A DNA stretch of 64,000 bases from Takakia lepidozioides (taxonomy: Eukaryota > Plantae > Bryophyta), in assembly GCA_030704615.1 (NCBI GenBank), contig CM060733.1, positions 39,184,001 through 39,248,000 on the forward strand, in the 5' to 3' direction. The notes below the pieces were generated by a model. That model had not been told where the DNA came from, ran no database searches, and worked only from the letters and a program-made list of their open reading frames with translations. Each line of letters begins with the position of its first letter. Position 1 is the first letter of the stretch. The translations under genes and the position numbers were made by a program. This document shows, one piece after another, positions 11,950 through 23,092 of the stretch.

Positions 11950-12577
11950 TGAATGTGACTCGATCTGGCTCCAACCCCTGTTGATGTGCATTTGCTCACA
12001 GGTCTCCAAAGCCTCCATCCCCCATATCCATGTTGTGCATGTCCTGCAATCATATCACTTCAGAACACCACATCTCGTTTACCCATCAAACACTTCATTT
12101 GCATCCACAGTGCTTCCACATGTGGCACACGTATCAATAAGGGTATTGTTCAGAATGACATCTGGTACTATTCCAGCCTTGATGATGTCACCATGGACCT
12201 CTTTTCCCTTCATGAATATATAAATGGTTCAGCCCTAGAATACAACTTCCTGGCAATGGTGCCCCTAAAGAATCGGCAATAGAAGACCCAAGCCTGGAGC
12301 GACCTCCTGCAGCAAAAGCATAAGAAATGAAGAGGGTATGAGCGAGATTGATGGAGAGTTGGAAAGCGCTTGGGCGTGGACTAATGAGAAGCAGACAATG
12401 TGAAAGAAAGATGGGGTAGAAAAGAGGGTGGAGAGGACGATATTGAGGGTCGTATGAGAAAGCTAGGAAGCTGTCGAGCTTCAACCCTCCTCGCATCGAT
12501 TGCGCGCATGTCTCCAAAGCTGTTGAGTTCAACCATCCCCGCATTGCTTGAGCGCAAGTGGTCTCTAAAGCTTCCAT
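11950..12577 (-). pseudogene. PLS-class PPR gene fragments
   Basis: 12201-11950 decodes, with stops and frameshifts, as EVHGDIIKAGIVPDVILNNTLIDTCATCGSTVDANEVFDG/KRDVVF*SDMIAGHAQHGYG/EALETCEQMH/QQGLEPDRVTF, a typical L-S-P motif series. EALETCAQ-like pieces also occur at ~12460-12577. Confidence 0.8.
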
Positions 12578-13369
12578 CTCGGACCCTAGCTATGCACCTG
12601 CAAATCATCCCATGACACAAACAAAGAAAAACGACCAAGTCCAAGACTCATCGTTCAACACACAACCCCGCAACCCTAAATCTATTTTGAATTATTTTGA
12701 ACTTTTATTGGATAGTACATTTTTTGTTACCCCAGTGGTTTGGGGCTCAAATCCTGCTACGTCCTTTTTATATGTGGTACGGTATGTGAATTTCACTTTA
12801 TTGTAATGAGTGCAATGTTAACTTTTATATGAAGCGGTAGTAGAAATCGGTAAAGGCAGGCCAAAATGAACTAATTAATATGACCAAATTTAAATTATGT
12901 AATGCATGTTTGGCCATATCCGGGTCATATGAAACCTCTTTGACGTAGTTTTTGGGGGGATAGCTTCAGGGCTTACAATACTACCCACCTACACCTCATT
13001 TTTGGGCTCTTGCAAAAAGTCTATAGATTTTTCCAAAGTATATTAGATTATTTATTTATTTATTTTTATAAAAAAACAAAAAAAGGAAACACCTAGGAGC
13101 TACAGCTCACAAATCAGGCTTATCTACTAGATGTGACATATACAAATTTGAATGAAATGTAAACAACTATTGTCAAGCTTGTAGTGAATTCAATTATTTG
13201 GAAATTTTATTTCTGGGAACTGGCTTAATTTATTTTCATTCTAAAATTCATCGTTGAAGTTTGGACATTGGAGAAAATGCAAATTTTGATGGTCTACGGG
13301 CACCCTCTACCTTATCAGATCAGCCCATACCTAGGTCATTAGATGGTGCCATGGCTCTAAGTAGAAAAG

Positions 13370-13957
13370 AGGTGGTTATGTTGGCTATCATATTTCAAGC
13401 TAGTTTCGTATGACCAAACATTATTCCAGTTGAGGAAAGTGCTTCAGAGAATGAATACTGTGATTCAGATTCAGAATAAAGTTGATTGTTTGGAACCATC
13501 TATTCAATAACATCATCCTACAATGATTTGGACACTTGTATGTTTTCTAAAGTGTGCCACAGGTGCACAAACCACTTAAACATTTTCATGTATCACCACA
13601 AGAGTGGTACCACTCACTAAGGTATTTTTAACCACTCACAATCTACCACCGCCCAAGTGATACCAATCATTGCGGTGTCTTTAACCACTCACTATGTACC
13701 ACTGTCCAAGTGGTACTAATCATTGAAGTATCTTTAGCCACATAACATTCTAGAACTAACATGAGATATTGAAGACCTGGCTATGTTGGCTAGCTGCATT
13801 CAAACGGCATTTGTACAACCAACCGCTATTCCAGTTAAGGAAGTGATTTAGAGGGTGACGAATATGTTTCAGATTCAGAATAAAGTTTATTGTTGGAACC
13901 ATTTATTCAATAGTATCATCCTACAATGGTCTGGACACTTTTCATGTATCACCACAA
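13370..13957. repeat. Imperfect direct duplication (~180 bp, period ~405)
   Basis: tattccagtt...cagattcagaataaagtt...catcctacaatg...ggacactt occurs at ~13423-13537 and at ~13828-13940. Confidence 0.7.
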
Positions 13958-14478
13958 CAATTTAAAAAATCGTAAGGCTCCACATCCAATGGCATGTTGT
14001 ATCGGTAGTACTCGTATCCCGTGGGCATATTGTCTTGCAACCCAAACACCTCGTAGAGACGACGATGGATTGGTCCACGACAGTCAGGGCATTGGCTAGC
14101 TCGCATGGCTGCCGATATGAGACATGTGGGGTGAAACAAATGGCCACATGAACCAAGCATATAGTCTCCCTCCGGTCCGTAAGGGTTTAGGCACATTGTG
14201 CACACCGTATCATCTATTACCCATGACGGTGGATTGCTCCGTGGCTGGCTTGTGCATGGATTGCAACTCAATCCATCCGCATCCCTATAGACCAAACCCA
14301 GTCGATACACAACCTGAACATGTCTCTCATGCTCCTCCACCGTAGCACGAGAGGCAAAGCAATTCCTGTAAGCCCTCAGGAACTGCCGTATATGTCGTCT
14401 TTCTCCTCCAGTGACAATGGGTCCAATGTCAGGCTCTCAATTGTCCTCCGTAACTGCAACCTTAAGTCCAGTAGACTT
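13942..14478 (-). pseudogene. Downstream remnant of the DNMT retroelement: pre-RT, RT and RNaseH patches fused in frame to a RING-H2 domain
   Basis: ERRHIRQFLRAYRNCFA, SRATVEEHERHV, QVVYRLGLVYRDADGLSCNP, then CTMC-x14-CGHLFHPTC-x10-CPDC (C3H2C3). Confidence 0.7.
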
Positions 14479-15111
14479 TGTCACGGACATAGCCCAGAGG
14501 AACTTACCAGGAGTAAATACCAGAAGTTATCAAGTTATCATGTTACCAAAAGTTACCACGACTTACCGTGATTTACCATGATCTACCATGATTTACCATT
14601 ACTTACCAAATTACCGGGAGTTTACCAAATTATCAAGAGTAACTTGGGAAACTACTCAGGAAGCTTCTTTTGGAGGAAACTTCTCCATCAAGATACCTCA
14701 TTTGTTTAAAGAAGCTTCTCCATCAAGAAACCTTTGTTTAATTTTGGAAACTTCTCCAGCAAGAAACCTCCATAGGGGAAGCTTCTTGGGGAAGCTTTTT
14801 AGTAGCCAGTATATATAGGAGGCGAGACTGGACACTCTTCAGTCTCGCCAACACAAGTTCAAACTACTCTTGTTCCAAGTCCAGTACTCCAATCCAGTCC
14901 AGTTTCTAGTATCTGGTATTCCAGTCCAGTTTCCAGCATTCCAGTATTCGAGTCGAGTTCCAGTATTGTACTCTTGTCCATTGTTATAAAGATCATCTTG
15001 ATTCATGTTCACCTACCATGCATTCGGCCACGCCGACCTTGACTTCTTGTCTAGTCTTGTACCTCTAGTCTGATCTCTTGTTTGTGTTCTGTCATGTTCT
15101 CGTCCTTGACA
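14479..15111 (+). repeat. 5' LTR (633 bp)
   Basis: Begins TGTCACGG and ends CCTTGACA. TATA box at ~14810-14817. The 3' half matches 20040-20305. Confidence 0.93.
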
Positions 15112-15149
15112 GTTTGGCGAGACTAAAGTTTGTTCTTTAGTTAGTTAAG

Positions 15150-16230
15150 ATGGAAGGCACATTTGCGAAAATGGTCACCACATTGCAGAGTCTTCAGCTC
15201 CAGATGCAAGAACTTCGTACATCTACCAACCAATTGCAAGCTGATCAGTCTCAAGATCTTGGCAACGCTCTCCACAATTTGCAACAACAAATTTCAGAGT
15301 TAAAAGAGTCGAACAATGGATCTTCATCCATACGAGTCCCTACTCCAACAGCTCATACTGCAACGGTTCATCTTTAACAGATTACGAAAGAACCAAAGAT
15401 TAGCATGCCCGAGAAATTTGATGGGACGAGATCAAGATTTCGCGGTTTTGTTCAACATGTACGACTGTTCCTACGACTACATCCACAACGCTATCCCGAT
15501 GAAGGTATTCAAGTGGGATTCGTGGGCACCCTTCTGTCAGGCACTGCCCTATCTTGGTTTACACCGCTATTAGAAAAAAAAATCACATTTACTATACAAT
15601 TTTGAAGCATTCATGTCCGAGTTCACTGCAACGTTTGGAAAAAATGATAGAGAAAGAGTTGCAGAAACAAAGATGTGAAATCTTCGACAAGGAGTACGTC
15701 CTGCTTCTATTTATGCTGCCAAATTTCGACAACTTGCGTGCGACCTCGACTGGAATGAGAAGAGTCTCATTAGTCAGTTTCAATGTGGACTAAAAGATGA
15801 TGTAAAAGATTTGTTGATGACAATGCCAAACGTGAGCACACTAAGTGAATTCATCATCCAAGTCATTGCATGCGATAATCGTTTGTTTGAAAGACGTAAA
15901 GAGAAGCGATCTGGATGGTCTACGACGCATCATGCCACTGATGGTCTACGACACCAAACGCAACGATCCATCAGACATCCAGTAGTGATCCTATGCAGAT
16001 TGATGCTGTCTGATTCAAGCCATTGATGTCACAAGAAAAACAAAGACGGCGCTCGAATGGATTATGTCTCTATTGCGGAGAAGAAGATCACATAGCATTA
16101 AACTGCCCCAACAAGAGAAGATTCAAAGCTCGGGGCACAACTTAAGTGTTCGATACGAGGAAATTCCTTACCGAAAAAAGATCTCTTTCTACCTCCAGAC
16201 CATGCTCCTTGCTTCACAGTTCCGGTAAAA
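15150..16230 (+). pseudogene. gag: Chromovirus gag (frameshifted)
   Basis: Coiled-coil N-terminus, retrotrans_gag-like PEKFDG...ALSWF...FRQLACDLDWNE, and a CCHC knuckle at ~16066-16107. Confidence 0.85.
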
Positions 16231-16236
16231 ATCAGA

Positions 16237-19200
16237 GTGCAAAATCGAGATATCACTGTAAAAACACTTTTGGACTCAGGAGCTTCTGCTTGTTTTATGG
16301 ACAAAAACTTTGCGAAGCAAAACAATTTAACGCTCGTAAAGAAAAAACTCTCGGCCCCCGTTGAAGTCATCGATGGACGACCATTAGCATCAGGAAATGT
16401 GGACCATGAAACTCGACCACCTGAAGTGAAGCTTAAAGATCAAGCATCACATATTGTTTTCAATGTCATCCAGTCTCTAACGAATTATGTGATCCTTGGA
16501 CTTCCCTGGTTCGTACTTCACAATCCCGACATCGACTGGCGATCGCGAAAAATTTCTACAAGACAAAAATGTAGAAATATCAAAGGTATTCAACCCCTAT
16601 TTCTTGGAGCTAGAGCTTTTATGAGAGCTACCAAAAAAGAGGCGACATTTGCATTTTATGCGACTCCGATCAAGACCACAACAGACAAAGGTACTTCAAC
16701 ATTACCCGCTCAATATCAAGATTTCAAAGATGTCTTCGAGAAGAAAAATGCAGATATATTGCCAGAACATCGACCCTATGACTATGCAATTGAGTTACAA
16801 GGAGTCCAACCACCATTCGGCCCAATTTATAACTTATCCCAGACGGAGTTGGCTGCATTACGTGAATACATTGATGAAAATTTGTCAAAGCACTTCATCC
16901 GACATTCAAAATCACCCGCGGGGGCGCCTATCTTGTTTGTGAAAAAGCAGGACGGATCATTACGCATGTGTGTCGACTATCGCGGTCTCAACAAAGTCAC
17001 AATCAAGAATCGTTATCCGTTGCCGCTGATTTCTGGGTTTCTCGACCAGCTGGGACGAGCGAAGATTTTCACCAAAATCGACTTGAGATGAGCTTATAAC
17101 CTTGTACAGATAAAAGAAGGAAACGAATGGAAAACAACTTTTCGAACAAGGTATGGACATTTTGAATACAGTGTTATGCCTTTCGATTTTACAAATGCTC
17201 CAGCAATTTTCCAACATATGATGAATGACATCTTTCGAGAATTTTGAGATGACTTTATAGTCATCTATTTGGACGACATTTTGATATTTTCTCAGAATGA
17301 AGAAGAACATGGCCACCATGTACGCCTTGTCCTTGATAAATTAAGAGAAAAATGACTATATGTCAAGTTGGAGAAATGTCTTTTCCATCAATCTGAGGTC
17401 GAATTTTTGGGCTACATTATTTTCGACAAATGCGTCTTTATGGATCAGAAGAAAATACAAACCATCATCGAGTGGATTAAACCAACTTCGGTCCGAGATG
17501 TACAATGTTTTCTGGGCTTTGCAAATTCCTATAGAATCTTCATCAATGACTACTCCAAAATTGTTGCACCATTGACACGACTCACAGGGAAGGACAAATT
17601 TGTATGGGACGAGAAGGCTGACCAGACATTTGAAAGGCTGAAGCAGGCATTTACAACGGCTCCCATACTGGTACATGCAGACCCATCTAAACCATTCTTC
17701 ATAGAAGCAGATGCATCAGACTTGCGGTACTCTCTCAATATGGTACAAATGGCCGACTCCACCCTGTTGGTTTTCGTTCTCGCAAAATTTTCGCTGCGGA
17801 GATCAATTATGGAATCCATGACAAAGAACTTCTATCGATTATCGATGCTTTTGAGGAGTGGCGACATCTATTGGAGGGAGCTAAACATCGGGTTACTGTC
17901 TACACCGATTACAAAAACCTCGAATATTTTATAAGTGCTCATGTTTTGAATCGACGTCAAGCGAGATGGAGTATGTCATTAGCAAGGTTTGATTTTGTTA
18001 TTACCTACCGTCCCGGACATCTTCAAGAAAAATCAGATGCTCTCTCTCGACGATCGTATCTTGTGCCAAGAGAAGGGATAACCAACAAAAATCCATCATC
18101 CTGAAACCAACAAATCTCCAATTGAATATGTTATCCATGTCCACCTATGATGATGCAGAGATCGTAAATGAGATTCAATAAGCACTGAAGAACGACCATT
18201 TTGCTACGACACTACGAAGTCAACTAAATCAACCTCGAGACAACCCACATATTACAAACGACTTCAAATTCAAAGATGACTTACTTTATTTCAAGGGACT
18301 TCTCTATGTACCTCCAGGACCTACACGAATTCGAATTCTTCAAACATGTCATGATCTTCCGGCTGCAGGACATTTCGGCTTCAACAAAACATTGGAGTTG
18401 GTATCCAGGGACTATTGGTGGCCGCAGATGTGGAAACTCGTGAAAGAATTTATAAAATCTTGCGACACGTGTGCTAGAGCAAAGGGACCACGACATCGAC
18501 CTTACGGCCTTCTTCAACCATTACCCATTCCCAAGGGTCTACGGTCGTCCGTGTCTATAGACTTTATTACGGACCTTCCAATTTCCAAGACCACCGATTC
18601 AATCCTTGTTATTGTAGATCATTTTACGAAGATGACACATTTCATTCCATGTAATAAGACGGTTACCGGCGAGGAAACTGCAAGACTCTTCCTCAATAAT
18701 ATCTATCGCATTCATGGACTCCCGAAGGACATCGTATCGAACCACAGTTCATATCAAATTTCTGGAGGAGATTATTTCACATATTGGATACTAAGATCAA
18801 TCTCTCTACAACTAATCATCCACAGACTGATGGTCAAACTGAACGTGTAAACCAGATTTTGGAGTAGTATCTTCGTTGTACGATAAATTATCACCAAGAT
18901 AATTGGACGGACCAGGACAGGACGACGATAGTGATGTTTGTATGTCCCGTCGAAAAAGCCACACACGATCTCCGACCTTGAACTGGGGTTGGAGTTGGCG
19001 ACGTTGATCTGCATACTCTTTGTATTGTTTTTGAGCTTCTGCGAGGTGGGATGTAAGCTCCTTGTGAATTGTAGCAAGATGAGTAGCAAGGTTTTCTATA
19101 GCAGGGCTTCCAACAGTTTTCATGTGGAAAGGGTTTGCTTGAGAATGATGACCATAATTGGAGAAAAATGGAGTTTGCTTGGTCGAAGAATATATAATGT

Positions 19201-19610
19201 TGTTGTAGGCAAACTCAGCCACGCGACCATCAAAGAAGTTGGATTATCAACGTCTGGGACCATTCAAAATTATACGACAAATAAATCCGGTCAGTTTTCA
19301 GCTTGAACTCCCACGAAGTATGCGCATCCATCCAGTATTTCATGTTTCACTATTGGAGTTGTATCATCCATCGAATATTCCAGGGAGAGTTTCCGTACCA
19401 CCTCCACCAATCGAAATCAATTAGGAAATTGAGTATGAAGTCGACGAAGTCCTAGACTCTCGCATCAAGTATAAACGTCTTGAGTATTTCGTACATTGGA
19501 AAGGCTACAACATCAACGAACGAATGTGAGAACGTTCATCTAACCTCGTCAATGCCTCTGACAAAGTCCAAGAGTTTCATCAACAATATCCAGCTAAGCC
19601 CCGAGAATGA
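16237..19610 (+). pseudogene. pol: Chromovirus pol (PR-RT-RH-IN-chromodomain) with stops and an internal inversion
   Basis: ORFs 16237-17091, 17368-17934, 17871-18104, 18392-18850 and 19239-19424 carry Ty3 pol motifs. The segment ~18930-19222 reads on the minus strand. Confidence 0.92.
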
Positions 19611-20039
19611 GACGTCACAACGATGATGTCAGCCAAGCTAGCTTCAAGGAGAAGACTCAACATTCAATGTACCTGATACACGCTAAGGAGGGAGGAACAC
19701 CACACATCAGTATATATAACTACACTTCTAACACTCTTGCATCTTGTATTGGCAGCATGGAATCACAAGAACCAGATACATTGGAGTTGTCGCTTACCCA
19801 ACTACCAGATCAGCCATTCTGACTCTCACGACCTTCAACATCACGTCGACACTCTCGAGACAATGGGCCACCAATGCGACACATACTTCCTCGTCTGGAC
19901 CCCGTACGACAGCAAGTGGAGCCTACTCGAAGTCTGATAATTCTGTTGGAGGTGAGGCTTCGGACCCAGAGGGCAACGAAATCATGTTTGAAGGCAGCTT
20001 CGAAAATTAGAATGCTCAAATTACTACGTGATCCCAAGT

Positions 20040-20305
20040 TAGGAGGCGAGACTGGACACTCTTCAGTCTCGCCAACACAAGTTCAAGCTACTCTTGTTCC
20101 AAGTCCAGTACTCCAGTCCAGTTTCCAGCATTCCAGTATCCGAGTCGAGTTCCAGTATTTTGTACTCTTGTCCATTGTTATAAATATCATCTTGATTCAT
20201 GTTCACCTACCATGCATTCGGCCACGCCGACCTTGACTTCTTGTCTAGTCTTGTACCTCTAGTCTAATATCTTGTTTGTGTTCTGTCATGTTCTCGTCCT
20301 TGACA
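20040..20305 (+). repeat. 3' LTR lacking its U3 part
   Basis: Near-identical to 14817-15111 apart from a short internal deletion. No match to 14479-14815. Confidence 0.9.
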
Positions 20306-20599
20306 GATTTAGAGGTAGATGACGCGTCCAGTGGTTGCTATGCTGCAACCTCTTGAGCAGTACTTCATGCCTGCTCAGTCAATGACAAGGCCTCATCCTG
20401 CCCCATCATCTCATCCTTGAGGACCTTCTCAACCCAAGAAGAATCCCCAACCTCATCCATCACCGCCGCCTTGGCTGCCAACTCCCTCTGAACCTCGAGC
20501 ACCTCCCACGTGTGCCATGGTTGTCTGCACCCTGTGGTCCTCACCGGCTCGTCCCCACTCACTATATTTACCGTCTCGGTAGGCAGAGAGACCATTGAG

Positions 20600-21570
20600 G
20601 GAAGTGCGCATTGCTCAGCCATAGCCAAGCTGATAATGCAGGTCAGGCAATTGAGATCCATCGCTTGCCCCAACACCTGACGACGTGATGCCTCAGAAAG
20701 AGAAGGCACCGCCGTGGTCCCAGTGAAAAAACCCATAGCCCGTTTGCACTCTTTGACATTAGGCTCCACTAACTGCTGCAACTGAGCATCCTACAGGAGG
20801 CCAGGTCCACTATCCCGAAAAGCATGCGATCCTGGGAAGCCGAGTAGTGTAGATAATGCTGCTCGTGGTTGACCCACCTTGTTGACCACTGCCAAAGGCG
20901 AACGGTCATCGTGTCTCACACGCTGAGACTTCCTCCATGTGTCCAAGATGCTATCCACTGTGAGGTGTGCTGGCCGCTGCACCTCATCAAATGCACGCTT
21001 GAGCAGTGCAGGTGACATCAAGTTAGTCCACCATAGCCATGGACGATGAGCCCGTGACCCCACTGCAGCTGCATCCAGCAACACTGCTGACCCAAGCTAC
21101 GACCGGACTTGATGCACACTGACCATCACCCTGGCCCGAGAATCGTCCACCAGTGGCACATTCTCCAAGATGTATGCTAGAGATACAGCTTGATGAAGCT
21201 GTAAGTGGGGCAAAATCTGCACCATCTCCCAAAACAGACCCGACTTCGAGTCTCGCAATCCATTGCCATGCCTGACTGATGAATACCCTTGGCAGGGCCA
21301 ACCTGCCACTACCAAATCAATGGAGCCAATCCGCTCCAAATCATTTGCCCCCAGCAACGAAATGTCTGCTGGCAAGACCTGTTGATATCCACGAACTGCA
21401 GACACCGACAACAACTCAGGGTATTGCTGTACCAATTAAGTAACATGGCGTAGGGAGACACGTCGTGCAGTCTCATCCCTCTCCACATACAGGTAACGCC
21501 GTACTTGTACACCTACCTGAAGCACAACAGTCAATCCGGTGTTGATCCCGCCAAACAAGCCCGGAAAGCA
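20600..21570 (-). pseudogene. C5 cytosine DNA methyltransferase domain (DNMT3-like) within the retroelement polyprotein
   Basis: Motif I GLFGGI; II YVERD; III ADI; IV IDLVVAGWPCQG; V SGLFWE; VI YILENV; VIII AHRPWLWWTNL; IX VKECKRAMGF; X RRQVLGQAMD. Linear motif order, interrupted only by in-frame stops. Confidence 0.9.
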
Positions 21571-22919
21571 AATGTCTTCATCTGGATACTACCACACGAT
21601 AGGTGTGGTGTCCAATGGTGACAACTGAGGTGGTCCTGGTCCAATCCCCACACTGTCCTCCTCTCCTGACGGTACAAAAGCCTCTACCCAGGTTTGTTGC
21701 ACCTGTCGATCATCAACCCGCTGCAAATCCTTGCTCGTGCCCCACAATGGAGTCTGAGCAACCATGGAAGGCAACTCCGCCATACCATGCATGTCATCCT
21801 GCTCTCCCGGAGGTGACACATCCTCTGAATGAGTGTTGTCATCCAACAACTCTCCAAGCCAAGTCACTGCAGCTGTGAATGCTGCCAGTGTCGGCATATT
21901 GCCTCGCTGGGCAACCGCAATTCCTCCTATGAACGTCACGAGGAGCTGCACATGCCGGTCGTCCCCTAACTGCCATCCAGGCCTATAGAAAGCTGACTCC
22001 TCCAAAAAATCCAGGGTGAAGCCCATGGGGTACAGTACTGCCCCACCAACCAGGACATCGTACGAGACCGCGTCTGTCACAATGGCCTTGGCTCTTATCA
22101 GTGAGCTATCTGTAGGATGATCCGGCTGTAGTTTGATAGCCAACTCACGTCGTGTCATGCCTCGAGCCTGCTCTGATCCTCCCAGAGATGTCTGTATCTG
22201 AAAAGGGCACGGCTCCATATTCGCCTCCATGAGGCCCAAGCCTGCAATAACAGCTTTGCCCAACATCAATGGCTGAGCTCCCGAGTCCAACAAGACCCGC
22301 AGTGGCCGGTACCTCTTACCTGCCGGTCCACTCAAACAGAAAATGTCATCCTGGTTGTCTAACATGACAACTCCAGGTGTCACCATGGCGCGCTCAATGG
22401 CTGGCCTAGCTGACAGCTCCATCAACTTAGCAGCTGCAGCTTGTCATGGCGCCGCCGTGGCAGTCTTGACCCTCAAATCCGAGGATCCCTCCGGCACTAC
22501 ACCTCCCACTATCTCTGCAGAAGATGAAGTAATCTCCCCACTCTCACAGAGTGTAGCTGCCAGCCTGAACATCTCAGCTGGTTTTACCCCCGACGTCGCA
22601 ATCATGGTAGCCGAGAACAATGGAGCCTGACACATAGATGTGGTTGCCCCCAGCAGCACACTAGCTGTAGCCTTGGCAGCACTAAGTAGTGTGTGCTGCC
22701 CGTGTAGTTCTTCCCAATAGCATAATAACCTCCGTCTCGGTAACAGTCGGGCGAGAACTAGGTGCCATGGATGACGTCGACACTGTCTCCGCCAATATGA
22801 ATGACTGAGGAAGCTTTGCCTGACGGCTTGCCTCCCCTCGTTGTGAATCCAACTCCACATCTGCACCTTGTGGCTAAGGAACTCGTGCTGCTCCTCGAGT
22901 CAAGGCAGCAGCAGACTTC

Positions 22920-23092
22920 ACCTGCACTAGTGGTAGTGTTGTCCCATAGTGGTAGTAGTAGTGCTGCCCTGCACTAGTGGTAGTGGTGCCCCACCCATAG
23001 TGGTGGTAGGTAGTGGCACCGCTCATTAGTGGTAGTGGTGGCCCGCACACAATGGTAGTGGCACCCCTCACTAGTGGTAGTGCTGACCCGCA
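22920..23092. repeat. Short degenerate minisatellite (ctagtggtagtg-based) in the Gag-protease linker
   Basis: ctagtggtagtg or tagtggtag repeated about 8 times. Confidence 0.6.

Larger units (their letters stand above)
14479..20305 (+). mobile_element. Ty3/Gypsy chromovirus (Tf1/Tcn1-like) LTR retrotransposon, decayed
   Basis: TGTCA...TGACA termini and a 5-bp TSD (GACTT/GATTT). Gag MPEKFDGTRSRFRGF and [14 protein letters not shown]; protease [10 protein letters not shown]; [13 protein letters not shown]...YLDD; RNaseH EADASD...DALSR; integrase HHCC and GPF motifs; chromodomain EYEVDEVLDSR...YFVHWKGY. Multiple stops and frameshifts. Confidence 0.97.

Noticed and set aside
14085-14210. PHD finger of a Gypsy integrase
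   Set aside because: The ligand pattern is C-x-H-x2-H-x2-C (RING-H2), not C4HC3.
20600-21570. Host DRM/CMT/MET1 gene or bacterial restriction-modification contamination
   Set aside because: It is intronless, has non-permuted motifs, is in frame with a retropepsin and RT-like remnants, and is interrupted by a plant LTR element with a TSD.
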